A stretch of 63,908 nt of DNA, the filler included, from Octopus bimaculoides (taxonomy: Eukaryota): assembly GCF_001194135.2 (NCBI RefSeq). It is 5 parts of 5 records of this genome, joined end to end, with 100 filler letters (N's around TTAATTAATTAA, not from the genome) between each part and the next. Parts side by side here need not be neighbours in the genome. Positions count along the whole stretch, not along the records: positions 62,543 to 63,908 come from NC_068985.1; 4 more parts are not named here. One strand, given 5' to 3'. This document shows, one piece after another, positions 62,577-63,908 of the stretch (positions within the stretch are counted from its first letter, which is position 1; every line of letters starts with the position of its first letter). The notes beneath the pieces were generated by a model. That model had not been told where the DNA came from. It worked only from the letters and a program-made list of their open reading frames with translations, and ran no database searches. A program made the position numbers and the translations under genes.

Positions 62577-63420
62577 ACATATATATATGTACATATATAT
62601 ATATATATACAATCATGTATTCGTATGGGTGTATATACATAACCACGTATATGTATGCGTGTGTGTGCGTCTATACATAGGCACATGCATAATCATTTAT
62701 ATGCATACATATATATTAAATATATATCTGCTTTCATAGATGCATAGACGGAGGCATTTATATACACATTAATATATACATGTGTTCATTTATGCATATA
62801 TGAAATCATTTTTATATTTAAATGCTTGTATACATAGAAATATAATTCTGCATTTTACTACAAACACTCACACACACATACACAAACATGCATTCTCATG
62901 TGCATACACAGAAGAAAAGTATATAAAGGCTGACAAGCATCAAATCTTAACCCATTTATTTTTAGTGGAGGAGTCGAGAGAGGCAGAAAGAATCGCTTCA
63001 CACATCACACTCCGTACACCACACACCTAAATCTTGCTCCGTCTTGCACCGACCAAACCCAGTTTCCTACCATTTCAGCCATCAATTGTGACTCAGACAT
63101 GGCGTGCATGTATCGGAACGGTCAGGGGTGTGTATGGCAATTGCAAAGGGGGGTAGGCCTGGGATCTAACACAGCAAGAGGGCAGTTTGAATTGAAAAGG
63201 TTTCTTGTTGTTTCATTTTGACAGATTGCCTTCACTCATGTGTGATTATGCGTGTATATGATAAACCTCTCTTTGTATAGGCTTGTATGTGTGTTTATAT
63301 CTGCGTCAATGCGTGTGGCTAGTGTATTCCTTTACGTGTGCATGTATGTGTTTGTGCGGGTGCGTGTGTAAAGAGAGACAGAATAAGGGGATCATAAGAG
63401 TGTGTCGATATGGGAGGTGA

Positions 63421-63652
63421 TAAGGCGGCGAGCTGGCAGAAACGTTAGCACGTCGGGCGAAATGCTGAGCCGTATTTCGTCAGCCGCTACGTTCTGAGTT
63501 CAAATTCCGCCAAGGTTGACTTTGCCTTTCATCCTTTCGGGGTCGATAAATGAAGTACCAGTTACGCACTGGGGTCGATGTAATCGACTTAATCCCTTTG
63601 TCTGTCCTTGTTTGTCTCTTCTATGTTTAGCCCCCTGTGGGCAATAAAGAAT
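63421..63652 (+). mobile_element. tRNA-derived SINE family B, full length
   Basis: ggcggcgagctggcagaaacgttagc...gagttcaaattcc (B box)...gtgggcaataaagaa. Confidence 0.88.
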
Positions 63653-63844
63653 TGGATATGGAAGGTGGTTTATCTAAAGCTGAGTTTTAACATGACATGT
63701 TCCAAGATAGACACGTGGTTGCAATTAACCTAATGAGTAGATAGCAGACTGGTACATCTGGTTTTCGACTTCCCGAATCAAACACACACACGTAACATAC
63801 GCACCTGAACGCGCACACACACGCACACATACATCATCTCCCTC

Positions 63845-63908
<64 letters not shown>
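63845..63908. repeat. (TC)n microsatellite at the window end
   Basis: Direct inspection. Confidence 0.95.

Overview
Eukaryotic, AT-rich, repeat-dense draft-assembly window with many N gaps. It is most likely an octopod cephalopod, inferred from the SINE families and microsatellite load. Genes: EDEM2 on + (9 exons resolved, 7425-15043; the signal-peptide exon was not found), a convergent Rieske 2Fe-2S protein gene (RFESD-like) on - (3 exons, 26818-20589), and a partial minus-strand gene with a FAM167/AARD/LURAP-like coiled-coil exon (33575-33416). The rest is SINEs, decayed Tc1/mariner, Tigger, piggyBac-type, RTE and Penelope relics, MITEs and satellites. No CRISPR array, rRNA or true tRNA gene is supported. 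The most interesting leads are Penelope-type minimal hammerhead-ribozyme motifs carried by repeats (two lie just upstream of EDEM2 3' splice sites), a textbook recursive-splice-site motif at 46220, a telomere-repeat-containing foldback element with an 8-bp TSD, and a ~44-bp hairpin-unit array. All calls were made by eye with no database searches. Repeat boundaries are approximate unless TIRs or TSDs are quoted.
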